Source of the DNA: a virus
Lineage: Duplodnaviria; Caudoviricetes
DNA length: 24,186 nt
Reading direction: 5' to 3' (one strand)
Virus record (IMG/VR): IMGVR_UViG_3300025396_000073
Location: 1-24,186 of that record
The notes beneath the pieces are model-generated. The model was not told the DNA's origin. It saw only the letters and a program-made list of their open reading frames with translations, and did no database searches. The position numbers and the translations under genes were made by a program. Shown here piece by piece: positions 15,968 through 24,143 of this stretch (positions are counted from its first letter, which is position 1; each line of letters begins with the position of its first letter).

Positions 15968-17983
15968 TTAGTTGATATGGCGATGATATCCGACAGCTTG
16001 ACCGTTATTTATATTGGTTATTGAACCAGAGTATTCCAAAATAGAGCCCAAAGAAGTCACTGAATCCCGAGCAATTCCTGTATAAACAGATATAAATGAC
16101 AGATATCTGGTTTGAACCTGAGAGGATGATTGTGCTGATGGATATACAGTTATATAGCCATAACTAGCCTCTGAAGGTGCTTTAGAGCCATCATAAGAGC
16201 CATTTAATAGTATATTATGGGTTTTTGTAGATGCATATACAACAACTACATGGTAAACCTCACCATTTACTAATGTTAGTGGAGAAGATGTTCTTTCAAT
16301 TCCATTAACATATAGGTATCCACCAGAGTAGTTCTTATGCAGAATATTAGATGAGTCTATATACAAATCTGAAGATCCCGCCCCTGTATCCAAAACTGCT
16401 GAGCCTGACCCATCGTATTCAAACCAAAATTCTATTGACTCATAAGATGCACTTGAAATTGGAGATATTGTTGCTGAACCTGGAGTACCTCCTGGATCTT
16501 GTGCTGAGAATCTAATGCCTAAATTCTTTCCTCTTGAGAGTATATTTGAATTATCTTTTTTAATCATATATGTACTGCTTGATGTTGGGGTAAGCTGGAA
16601 TAGTCCAGAGTCAGAAACCTCGCTGATATCGCTGTATAGATTAATACTTAAATTATCAAGTCTTGGCTGATTATCAAGAGAAGTGTCTGGAGAATACAAT
16701 GTAACTTTAATTAATGCTTGAACACTAACTGCTGATGAATATAGTGACAAGAAATATGGAAAATTCTTTCCATTTGTAACATTATAATAAGTTGTTCCAC
16801 CATCATATGATATTGATACTGTTACATATTTACTGTATGCTGTTGATGAATTGTATGAACCTGAATCCCAAGATAACTCAATGTTTGCAAAGTTGGAGTA
16901 AGATACTGCTGAAATTGGATATATCCAAGTTCCCGACCCGCTTTGTGCAGTAGTTGTTTGTGCCAGCGTTATACCCGTGCCGTCTGTTATAACATTTGAA
17001 AATGTTCCAAAATTATAACCTGCGGGGGATGTAAGTTGTTTAGATAATATCATCTGGCCTGTAGTATTATCAAATGAAAAATGAGATGCATCTGTTTGTC
17101 TTGAATAGTTAGCTGGATCAGAATCTCTATGAGCTGCTGTCATGTGTGCTCTTATTTGATTTACAGTTAATTCATAATCATAAAATGCAAGACCATTAAC
17201 AGTAAAATGTTGTCCTGATGCTGCTGGTCCAATACTAAATCTGCTGTGATCTGCTGCATTATAATATGATGCACCTTGATTTCCAGTTGGTACTCCTGGG
17301 TCTACATAATATGCAAGAGTATTAGCAAAAGAAATCTTTTCATCTGATATGCCGTTTATTGATATTTTAATGCTGTCATCTTTAGCTATTGCAAATACAT
17401 GAAATGGCTGATCCCATGAGTATATCTGCTTCTTTGTAGTAGAACTTGTACCATTTGAAAAATAGACCTGAAAGTATATAGAATCCCCGTTTATATAGAT
17501 TCTCATTCTTGGACTTGATGCTGAATGTAGTGTGACTAGCGGGAAATCAGAAGTAGTTGGACCTGGTATTAATGCCCAAAACTCTATACCAAAGTTTTTA
17601 TTTTCATATCCCGCCTCAAAACCCTTATAAATATTAAGGATATCTACGCCAATGTTATCTGTAATTCTGCAACCATTATTTTGTGTATCATAATTAGCAT
17701 GGGTAATAAGAGTCATTACATCTTGAAAATTCGGGGAACCCAAAGTGTATGCTGCTGAGTTTCCACCATAACCATTTGAAATATTATAATCATTCTGATA
17801 TGCAGATACATCCTGCAAATACATAGATCCAACTTCTTGCAAATATGTTGATTCATTATCTAAATAGTCTTGATATGTTGCATATTCAAGCAATAGTGTG
17901 CCATATGTCCTAAGTGTTGAAGGACCATCAAGTAACCAAAATCCAATTGGATTATCTCTAAGAACGGCTTGTTTATATGACAT
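15968..17983 (-). CDS. LamG/concanavalin A-like domain virion protein (putative minor tail or fibre base)
   Basis: MSYKQAVLRDNPIGFWLLD start, FGIEFW...FHVFA...ISING...LAFYDYELTVNQIRAH, and a second lectin-like unit SIEFWF...LYVNG...YHVVVVY. Confidence 0.75.
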   Translation of the reverse strand: MSYKQAVLRDNPIGFWLLDGPSTLRTYGTLLLEYATYQDYLDNESTYLQEVGSMYLQDVSAYQNDYNISNGYGGNSAAYTLGSPNFQDVMTLITHANYDTQNNGCRITDNIGVDILNIYKGFEAGYENKNFGIEFWALIPGPTTSDFPLVTLHSASSPRMRIYINGDSIYFQVYFSNGTSSTTKKQIYSWDQPFHVFAIAKDDSIKISINGISDEKISFANTLAYYVDPGVPTGNQGASYYNAADHSRFSIGPAASGQHFTVNGLAFYDYELTVNQIRAHMTAAHRDSDPANYSRQTDASHFSFDNTTGQMILSKQLTSPAGYNFGTFSNVITDGTGITLAQTTTAQSGSGTWIYPISAVSYSNFANIELSWDSGSYNSSTAYSKYVTVSISYDGGTTYYNVTNGKNFPYFLSLYSSAVSVQALIKVTLYSPDTSLDNQPRLDNLSINLYSDISEVSDSGLFQLTPTSSSTYMIKKDNSNILSRGKNLGIRFSAQDPGGTPGSATISPISSASYESIEFWFEYDGSGSAVLDTGAGSSDLYIDSSNILHKNYSGGYLYVNGIERTSSPLTLVNGEVYHVVVVYASTKTHNILLNGSYDGSKAPSEASYGYITVYPSAQSSSQVQTRYLSFISVYTGIARDSVTSLGSILEYSGSITNINNGQAVGYHRHIN

Positions 17984-17990
17984 ATATCCT

Positions 17991-17996
17991 ATTATA
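17991..17996 (-). promoter_or_regulatory. -10 element TATAAT upstream of LamG gene
   Basis: TATAAT 7 nt before the ATG at 17983, directly after a terminator U-tract. No TGn extension. Confidence 0.45.
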
Positions 17997-18000
17997 TCTC

Positions 18001-18034
18001 AAAAACAAAAATGCCAGGAAATGTATTCCTGGCA
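18001..18034 (-). terminator. Rho-independent terminator
   Basis: Perfect 9-bp stem TGCCAGGAA-5 nt-TTCCTGGCA followed by TTTTTGTTTTT on the minus strand. Confidence 0.85.
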
Positions 18035-18052
18035 AATTTGTAATATGTTTTA

Positions 18053-18592
18053 TTATGCTTGTGGTACTGCAGGTGCTTCTGTCCAGACCTTTGTCTCTTC
18101 GTTCCAGAAGTAAGACTTTCCGTCTGTTGGATATGCAACTGGTGCTGTCCAGAACTTTGTCGTAGCATCTTGTGTCCAAGACGGGAATGGTTGTGTGAAG
18201 TCCCAAGCCTTTGTATCTTCATTCCATGTAACAATCTGCATGTTATCTGGATACTTAGTTCTATCAAGTGTTGGTGCAGCTACTGGAGCGTTCCAAAAAT
18301 AAGTTGTTTTATCTAGAGTCCATGATGGATAAGGTTGTGGTGCAGCAAATCCTGTACCGTCCCATGTGTATCCGATACCAGCATAGTTGAAACCAATTTG
18401 TGTTCCATTGTCTGGCTTACCGTCTGCACCGTAGTGAACTCCACCACGAGTGTTGTATGAAGTTTGAACCCATGTACCGCCAAGGCCCAACTTGTTTGCA
18501 AGGAAGTCATGGCCATTTACTGCATCTGCATCAGATACAACAAGGACACGCACCACCTTATTATTTGAATCAATTTCTGCGAAATGTGCCAT
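18053..18592 (-). CDS. Phage protein (MAHFAEID-type) with duplicated Trp/Pro repeat, possible fibre-associated factor
   Basis: AGGAG SD, WVQTSYN and NYAGIGYTWD motifs, and two copies of QP(Y/F)PSWTxDxTTxFWxAPVAxP...WNExTKxW. Confidence 0.7.
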   Translation of the reverse strand: MAHFAEIDSNNKVVRVLVVSDADAVNGHDFLANKLGLGGTWVQTSYNTRGGVHYGADGKPDNGTQIGFNYAGIGYTWDGTGFAAPQPYPSWTLDKTTYFWNAPVAAPTLDRTKYPDNMQIVTWNEDTKAWDFTQPFPSWTQDATTKFWTAPVAYPTDGKSYFWNEETKVWTEAPAVPQA

Positions 18593-18617
18593 TTTATCTC
18601 CTTTTAAATCTGATTAA

Positions 18618-18626
18618 AGTATATCA
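18618..18626 (-). promoter_or_regulatory. Extended -10 element TGATATACT
   Basis: TGnTAnnnT in the intergenic gap, upstream of the AGGAG SD. Confidence 0.5.
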
Positions 18627-18635
18627 CAAATCTTA

Positions 18636-18824
18636 TTATTTGCCATGATGCAAAATAACTTGATCTGCTAGAGATACTTCTCTCTTTCCTACAAATCCGC
18701 CCTCTTTATCAAGCTTTTCACGGGCTTCTGTTTCATTCTTTGCAAATACATGAATAATCATATTTACATTGTATGAAAAACATTTAAATTCTTCTTCTCT
18801 TGGGAGATTTGTTACTTTAGCCAT
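18636..18824 (-). CDS. Small hypothetical protein (62 aa)
   Basis: Fills the gap on the coding strand. AAAGGA SD and its own -10 element. Confidence 0.7.
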   Translation of the reverse strand: MAKVTNLPREEEFKCFSYNVNMIIHVFAKNETEAREKLDKEGGFVGKREVSLADQVILHHGK

Positions 18825-18846
18825 TATTATCCTTTGTTAGGTTTTA

Positions 18847-18855
18847 ATTGTAGCA
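18847..18855 (-). promoter_or_regulatory. Extended -10 element TGCTACAAT
   Basis: TGnTAnnnT in the intergenic gap. Confidence 0.55.
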
Positions 18856-18865
18856 TATGGGGATG

Positions 18866-19915
18866 TTATCCACCAACTTGTGAACGAGTATAACGAAATA
18901 TTACAACCCCTGAACCACCAGAATAACCCGAATTTGAATTGCTTGTAGTACCGCCGCCGCCAGCGCCACCTCCAGTATAGGCAACTCCATTGCTTCCATT
19001 GACAAGTACAGCTCCCGTAGAGCTTCCAGAAGCACCTAAGCCGCCGCCGCCAGAACCGCCAGGTCCGCCTGTAAGAGTTCCTCCAGAATAGTTGTTGGAT
19101 ATAAATCCTCCGCCGCCGCCTGCAAAGTAATAAGTTCCACTATGATTATCACCAACTCCAGTTGCTGCTCCCCAAGACGAATATGCTGAAGATCCAGTTC
19201 CTCCAGATGCTCCTGTAGTTTGGTAAGAACTTGAATTTGCTCCAGCGGTGCTTGAACCGCCGCCGCCGCCTGCTGCATAGTTTCCAGGAGTAGAGCCGCC
19301 AGTAAAACTTCCACCGCTATTTCCTTGATTTAATGTACCAGATGCTCCATTCCAAGTACTGCTATTAGTTACAGCTCCGCCGCCGCCAGATCCACCAGTT
19401 TGTGCCAAATAAGTTGTTGATCCTCCTCCAGAAGAACTGTATCCTCCTCCTAGGGCTGTAGTTAAAGATAAGCCAGATACGCTTGAATTGCCACCATTTG
19501 ATCCTACAGAACCACCAGCCCCTACCGTTACCGTGTAACTATTTCCTGCAGTAATAGTGGTAGCTGTATATCCAAGAAGTCCTCCTGCTCCTCCACCTCC
19601 AGAACAATAAGCACCATTACCCCCGCCGCCAGCAACTATAAGTATGTCTGAAATTAAATTTCCACCACTTACCGATAAAGAGCCAGTGCTTGTAAAAGTT
19701 CTATAATAATATGTTGTGTCAGAGGTTAATGTTCCGCCAGTTACTACTGGTGGCAAGCCTTGCAATCCAGCGCCTACCCATCCAACAGTTGAATATGTAA
19801 TCAATTCTTGTAATGTTGTATCATAATATTCTTGTCCAGTATATGGAGATGCAGGACGTGATGATGTTGGTCCTATTGCATAACTTGAATTAGCTAAATC
19901 TCTTGCACGTGTCAT
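18866..19915 (-). CDS. Glycine-rich putative fibre/adhesin, paralogue 4
   Basis: MTRARDLA, RPASPYTGQEYYDTTLQ, VTGGTLTSDTTYYYRTFTS, polyglycine runs, end GGSGVVIFRYTRSQVGG. Confidence 0.75.
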   Translation of the reverse strand: MTRARDLANSSYAIGPTSSRPASPYTGQEYYDTTLQELITYSTVGWVGAGLQGLPPVVTGGTLTSDTTYYYRTFTSTGSLSVSGGNLISDILIVAGGGGNGAYCSGGGGAGGLLGYTATTITAGNSYTVTVGAGGSVGSNGGNSSVSGLSLTTALGGGYSSSGGGSTTYLAQTGGSGGGGAVTNSSTWNGASGTLNQGNSGGSFTGGSTPGNYAAGGGGGSSTAGANSSSYQTTGASGGTGSSAYSSWGAATGVGDNHSGTYYFAGGGGGFISNNYSGGTLTGGPGGSGGGGLGASGSSTGAVLVNGSNGVAYTGGGAGGGGTTSNSNSGYSGGSGVVIFRYTRSQVGG

Positions 19916-19928
19916 TTAATCTCCTGTG

Positions 19929-19947
19929 TATATTTTATCATTCTTTT
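19929..19947 (-). repeat. Duplicated 19-nt intergenic block containing TGATAAAAT (copy 1)
   Basis: TATATTTTATCATTCTTTT (+ strand), identical at 22023-22041. Confidence 0.8.
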
Positions 19948-19949
19948 GA

Positions 19950-20927
19950 CTACCCGCCTACTTGTGCTCTGGTATATCTTACAATTACTATTCCCGAACC
20001 GCCTGTGCCACTTGTATATTGATAATTCCAAGGTGAATCTCCTCCACCGCCGCCGCCAGTATTTGTCATTCCATTAGCTGAACCATTCCAAGCATTACCG
20101 TATCCTCCACCACCAATTCCAGGATTAGCTTGTGAATTCCAGCCAACTCCGCTTCCTCCTCCAGCATAGTAATTTCTATCACCTGTTGAAGTCGCACTTG
20201 CAAAATCTGGAAAACTTAAACCATTTCCTCCAGCAATGCCACTAGCCGCTGCTCCTGCTCCACCACCACCTCCAGAAAACTGTGGATTGCCAGCAGCTCC
20301 TCCATCGCCATCATTACCTTGTCCAGGCGTTCCAAAACCATGTAAGTGACCCGCAGTAAAATTATTAAAAGAGGTTTCGTAAGCTCCGCCACCGCCACCA
20401 GATCCGCCATCTATTCCAATGGTAGCATCTGATCCATTAGATATATATCCAGTGCCTCTTCCTCCTCCTATTGCAGTTAAACCATTAAATATACTATTAT
20501 TTCCTTGAACATTTATTGCACCACCTGAACCAACTGTTACAGAATATGTTCCTGCAGTAATTAAAGATGATGTTGAATAAATTAATCCTCCAGCTCCACC
20601 GCCGCCATTTAAATAAAAATATCCTCCACCACCGCCACCGCCAGCTACCATTAAAATATCTGCTGTAACTCCGCTATTAGAAACAACTAAAGAAGATGTT
20701 GATGTAAATGTGCGATAATAATAAGTTGAATCAGAAGTTAATGTTCCTCCAGATAAGCTAGGAGTAGGGGGAGCAATATTTACTGGAACCCATCCACCTA
20801 AAGTATAATTAAGCATTTGTTGCAAAGTTGTATCATAATGTTTTTGACCAGGATGTGGGTTAGCAGGACGATTAGAAGTAGTATTAATAGATCTTGCTGA
20901 TTGTGCCATATCTCTAATGCGACCCAT
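19950..20927 (-). CDS. Glycine-rich putative fibre/adhesin, paralogue 3
   Basis: Same architecture: RPANPHPGQKHYDTTLQ, GGTLTSDSTYYYRTFTS, end GGSGIVIVRYTRAQVGG. Confidence 0.75.
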   Translation of the reverse strand: MGRIRDMAQSARSINTTSNRPANPHPGQKHYDTTLQQMLNYTLGGWVPVNIAPPTPSLSGGTLTSDSTYYYRTFTSTSSLVVSNSGVTADILMVAGGGGGGGYFYLNGGGGAGGLIYSTSSLITAGTYSVTVGSGGAINVQGNNSIFNGLTAIGGGRGTGYISNGSDATIGIDGGSGGGGGAYETSFNNFTAGHLHGFGTPGQGNDGDGGAAGNPQFSGGGGGAGAAASGIAGGNGLSFPDFASATSTGDRNYYAGGGSGVGWNSQANPGIGGGGYGNAWNGSANGMTNTGGGGGGDSPWNYQYTSGTGGSGIVIVRYTRAQVGG

Positions 20928-20933
20928 TATTTA

Positions 20934-22007
20934 TTACCCGCCAACTGATGCTCTTGTATATCTTACTATTACTACTCCAGAACCACCGTTGCCAGCTCTC
21001 CAAACCCCACTAACGTAAACGTCTGGGTTTCCTCCGCCACCTCCACCAGTGTTTGCTAATGCATCTACAATTGAAGAGGTTGTTGATGTATTACTTGAAT
21101 ACTCTCCTGAGCCTCCTCCGCCATAACCTCCAGTAGCACGGGTATTTGATTTAACAGATCCTCCACCACCGCCGCCTGCATAATATACTGTTCCAGAAAC
21201 ATTTTGTCCAGTTGAAGTTGCTAATCCCCATGCAGAATATGCTGAAGTTCCATTTCCTCCTGTTCCTGCACCGCTTGAAGTACCATTATTTCCAGATACT
21301 CCTGCTCCGCCGCCACCGCCTGCATCAATACTGTTGTACAAACCACCATTTCCTCCAGAATTACCATAAACAGTATATCCACTACCCGTGGTTTGATTTG
21401 ATGAACCGCCTGCTGCCGTGCTTGCACCGATATTGTACATTGCTCCGCCGCCGCCTGAACCACCTGCTGCTCCTGCTGAGCTTACACCTTTATTGTTTTG
21501 ATAAAGTCCTCCGCCACCTCCGCCAATAGCTTGAACTAGGGAGCCAAAACCACTATTATTTCCATTGCTTGCTTGTCCTCCACTTTGAGCATCTCCAGCA
21601 TAACCAGTTGCTCCTGCACCAACAGTTACTGAATATGATTGTGGGGTAAGTGATTGAGAATTTATATAAACAACTCCTCCTGCACCTCCACCACCGCCAT
21701 ATCTTCCACCAGATCCGCCTCCTGCAACTTGCAAAATATCTGCAGTTAAAGATTGACCAGAGACTATTAAATTTGAAGAAGATGTAAACAATCTATAATA
21801 ATATGTTGCATCTGAAAAAAGTGTTCCTCCAGTAACTACTGGTATTGCAGATGTTCCTGCTGCCACCCATGTGCTTAAAGAAGTATAAGTTAAAAGTTGT
21901 TGTAAATCTGTATCAAAATACTCTTGCCCTACAAATGCATTAGATGGACGGGATGCAGTATTACCCTGTGGCATTGATGACATTGATAAATCTCTAGCTC
22001 TTGACAT
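20934..22007 (-). CDS. Glycine-rich putative fibre/adhesin, paralogue 2
   Basis: MSRARDLS, GNTASRPSNAFVGQEYFDTDLQ, end GGSGVVIVRYTRASVGG. Confidence 0.75.
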   Translation of the reverse strand: MSRARDLSMSSMPQGNTASRPSNAFVGQEYFDTDLQQLLTYTSLSTWVAAGTSAIPVVTGGTLFSDATYYYRLFTSSSNLIVSGQSLTADILQVAGGGSGGRYGGGGGAGGVVYINSQSLTPQSYSVTVGAGATGYAGDAQSGGQASNGNNSGFGSLVQAIGGGGGGLYQNNKGVSSAGAAGGSGGGGAMYNIGASTAAGGSSNQTTGSGYTVYGNSGGNGGLYNSIDAGGGGGAGVSGNNGTSSGAGTGGNGTSAYSAWGLATSTGQNVSGTVYYAGGGGGGSVKSNTRATGGYGGGGSGEYSSNTSTTSSIVDALANTGGGGGGNPDVYVSGVWRAGNGGSGVVIVRYTRASVGG

Positions 22008-22022
22008 TTAATCTCCAATTAA

Positions 22023-22041
22023 TATATTTTATCATTCTTTT
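22023..22041 (-). repeat. Duplicated 19-nt intergenic block containing TGATAAAAT (copy 2)
   Basis: Identical to 19929-19947. Both copies are followed by GGAGATTAAATG. Confidence 0.8.
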
Positions 22042-22043
22042 AG

Positions 22044-22949
22044 TTACCCGCCTACTTGAGTACGAGTATATCTAACTACAATAATTCCTGATCCACCAGC
22101 ACCTGAAATTGGTGCATTACCTGATGCTGCTGCACCTCCGCCACCGCCGCCGCCAGTGTTAGCAGTTCCTGCTGTTGCATCTGTTCCAGTTGAAAATCTG
22201 TATGAGTTACCTCCTGCACCGCCTCCGCCATAACCTCCTGCTGCACCTAGCAGATCCCATCCACCTCCGCCACCGCCGCCGCCATAATAATAGCTTCCAC
22301 TAACATTTTGTCCTGTTGAAGTTGCTGAAGATATTGAATTTATAGTTGAGCTTGTATATCCATTTGATCCCGCTACTGGAGATGAACCTGTTCCATATCC
22401 ACCCATTCCTCCAGATCCTGCTGGAGAAGTAGCGATTCCTCCTGCGCCATTTCCACCTGCAGAGCCTCCTGGACCACCTGTTGCTAATCTAGCATTTATT
22501 GAACTTGTAGACCCAGCAGAACCTGATCCACCTTGATTAGCATAAGATCCACCAGCACCTATCGTTGCAGAATAAACATTTGGAGTTAAAGTTACAGAAG
22601 ATGTTAGAGAAGGAACTCCGCCAGCTCCGCCGCCGCCGCCTGGGCCGCCGCCGCCAGAACCTCCTCCTCCTACAATAAGTAAGTCTATAGTTAATGGCAT
22701 TGTTGATATTACTAAATTAGAAGTTGATGTAAATGTTCTATAATAATAAGTTGAGTCTGAGGTTAAAATGCCTCCTGTTACTACAGGTAATGGTTTTTGA
22801 TTTACTGGAAACCATCCTCCAGTTGTATAAATATAAAGTTGTTGTAGGGTCGTGTCGTAATATTTTTCCCCAACAAATGAATTTGATGGGTATGAAGAAG
22901 AATTACCAGATAGTCTGATTGTATGAATTAGATCTGTTTTTCTTGACAT
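22044..22949 (-). CDS. Glycine-rich putative fibre/adhesin, paralogue 1
   Basis: YPSNSFVGEKYYDTTLQ, VTGGILTSDSTYYYRTFTS, end GGSGIIVVRYTRTQVGG. AGGAGG SD. Confidence 0.75.
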   Translation of the reverse strand: MSRKTDLIHTIRLSGNSSSYPSNSFVGEKYYDTTLQQLYIYTTGGWFPVNQKPLPVVTGGILTSDSTYYYRTFTSTSNLVISTMPLTIDLLIVGGGGSGGGGPGGGGGAGGVPSLTSSVTLTPNVYSATIGAGGSYANQGGSGSAGSTSSINARLATGGPGGSAGGNGAGGIATSPAGSGGMGGYGTGSSPVAGSNGYTSSTINSISSATSTGQNVSGSYYYGGGGGGGGWDLLGAAGGYGGGGAGGNSYRFSTGTDATAGTANTGGGGGGGAAASGNAPISGAGGSGIIVVRYTRTQVGG

Positions 22950-22958
22950 ATTTCCTCC

Positions 22959-24143
22959 TTAAAGCATTTGATAAGTTTGTACTGAACCATTTCCACCACG
23001 ATTATTACCATTTCCTGGTGATCCCGCCCCTACTGCTCCCGCAACTGTTCCATCTGCTTGTACACCTGAAGCTGTTATACTTCCTGAATTTGAAAAACCA
23101 TTTTTATACAAAATAACAATTGCTCCGCCACCAGAACCACCGCCATAAGTTGACATACCACGACTTCCGTTTGCTTGAATACTTCCAGTAGAGCCAACGG
23201 TCAAAGTTCCACCAACAACTAAAAATAGCAACCCGCCTGTTCCATCTTTTGCAGCATAAGAACCTAGATTAGAATCCCAGTTATTTCCATCATTCCATGT
23301 GGCTCCATGTGGATTTCCTGCTCCACCGCCACCATATCTATTGTATTGTGTTCCATAAATAGCACCACCTGAAGATCCCTGTCCACCTGCTCCACCATAA
23401 GCAGCACCGCTGCCACCAGCAGAAATACCGCCATTGTTTGTATTATATCCACCACCTCCTGCACCGCCAGAAAAACAAGTTCCCGCAGCACCGCTTCCTG
23501 GATAAATATTTGAGCCACCTGCCCAATAACCACCACCTGCTGCTCCGCCACCAGTAAATCCAGCTGCGGCATCTGGGGGAGTAACTCCACCATTTCCATT
23601 AACATTTGTTGTAGCACCTGCTCCTGCAGATCCAGATCTTGAAATTGTTACAACCTTATAATTTGTTCCAGATCCGCTCTTTTGATTTGCAATAGCAGCT
23701 CTTGCTCTATTTCCTGTTCCGTTAAAAGTTGATGCAGACATTGTTAAAGAATCAGTTCCACCTGAATAAGCAAATCCATATTGTAAACCTGAAGAGCTTA
23801 CTGCATTATTATCTGATGCTCCCGCAATTGTTGGGTTTGCTGCTGCACCTCTTGCAGTCATAGATAAAGTTCCATTAATTGTACAATCACCTTGAACATA
23901 TATAAACATTCCTCTGCAAGGCTGATCTGGAGTAAGTGAACCAGTTGAAGTTATATTTAAAGATTTAAATTGAAGCATGACCATATCTCCGTCATATGAA
24001 CCATTTTTATTTTCAACTGCCTGTTGAGTTGCAGAACTATATATAGCATTTCCACTTGAACCATCACCTAAATAGTTTCCAAATGTTGTGTAATTAAGAG
24101 ATGCGGATGAAAATCCAAAGAACCCTTGGAATGCACCCGTCAT
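22959..24143 (-). CDS. Glycine-rich protein of a second type (putative fibre tip/adhesin)
   Basis: GDGSSG...FIYVQGDCTINGTLSMTARG...GGLLFLVVGGTLTV...SIQANG...GGGSGGGAIVILY...GSITASG. Lacks the N- and C-terminal motifs of the four paralogues. Confidence 0.7.
   Translation of the reverse strand: MTGAFQGFFGFSSASLNYTTFGNYLGDGSSGNAIYSSATQQAVENKNGSYDGDMVMLQFKSLNITSTGSLTPDQPCRGMFIYVQGDCTINGTLSMTARGAAANPTIAGASDNNAVSSSGLQYGFAYSGGTDSLTMSASTFNGTGNRARAAIANQKSGSGTNYKVVTISRSGSAGAGATTNVNGNGGVTPPDAAAGFTGGGAAGGGYWAGGSNIYPGSGAAGTCFSGGAGGGGYNTNNGGISAGGSGAAYGGAGGQGSSGGAIYGTQYNRYGGGGAGNPHGATWNDGNNWDSNLGSYAAKDGTGGLLFLVVGGTLTVGSTGSIQANGSRGMSTYGGGSGGGAIVILYKNGFSNSGSITASGVQADGTVAGAVGAGSPGNGNNRGGNGSVQTYQML

Noticed and set aside
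18866-22949. Diversity-generating retroelement or invertase shufflon acting on the paralogues
   Set aside because: No reverse transcriptase or recombinase in the window, and all copies are in the same orientation. The conserved blocks I compared differ by ordinary synonymous changes, not adenine-specific ones.
18900-23600. CCGCCGCCG/CCTCCTCC runs as microsatellites or CRISPR repeats
   Set aside because: These are glycine codon runs, with no fixed repeat-spacer periodicity.
5376-23617. Remaining short ORFs overlapping assigned genes (for example 9553-9777, 10872-11063, 17973-18206, 19036-19314, 21212-21529, 23264-23617)
   Set aside because: Alternative-frame or antisense overlaps of well-supported genes, with no independent evidence.
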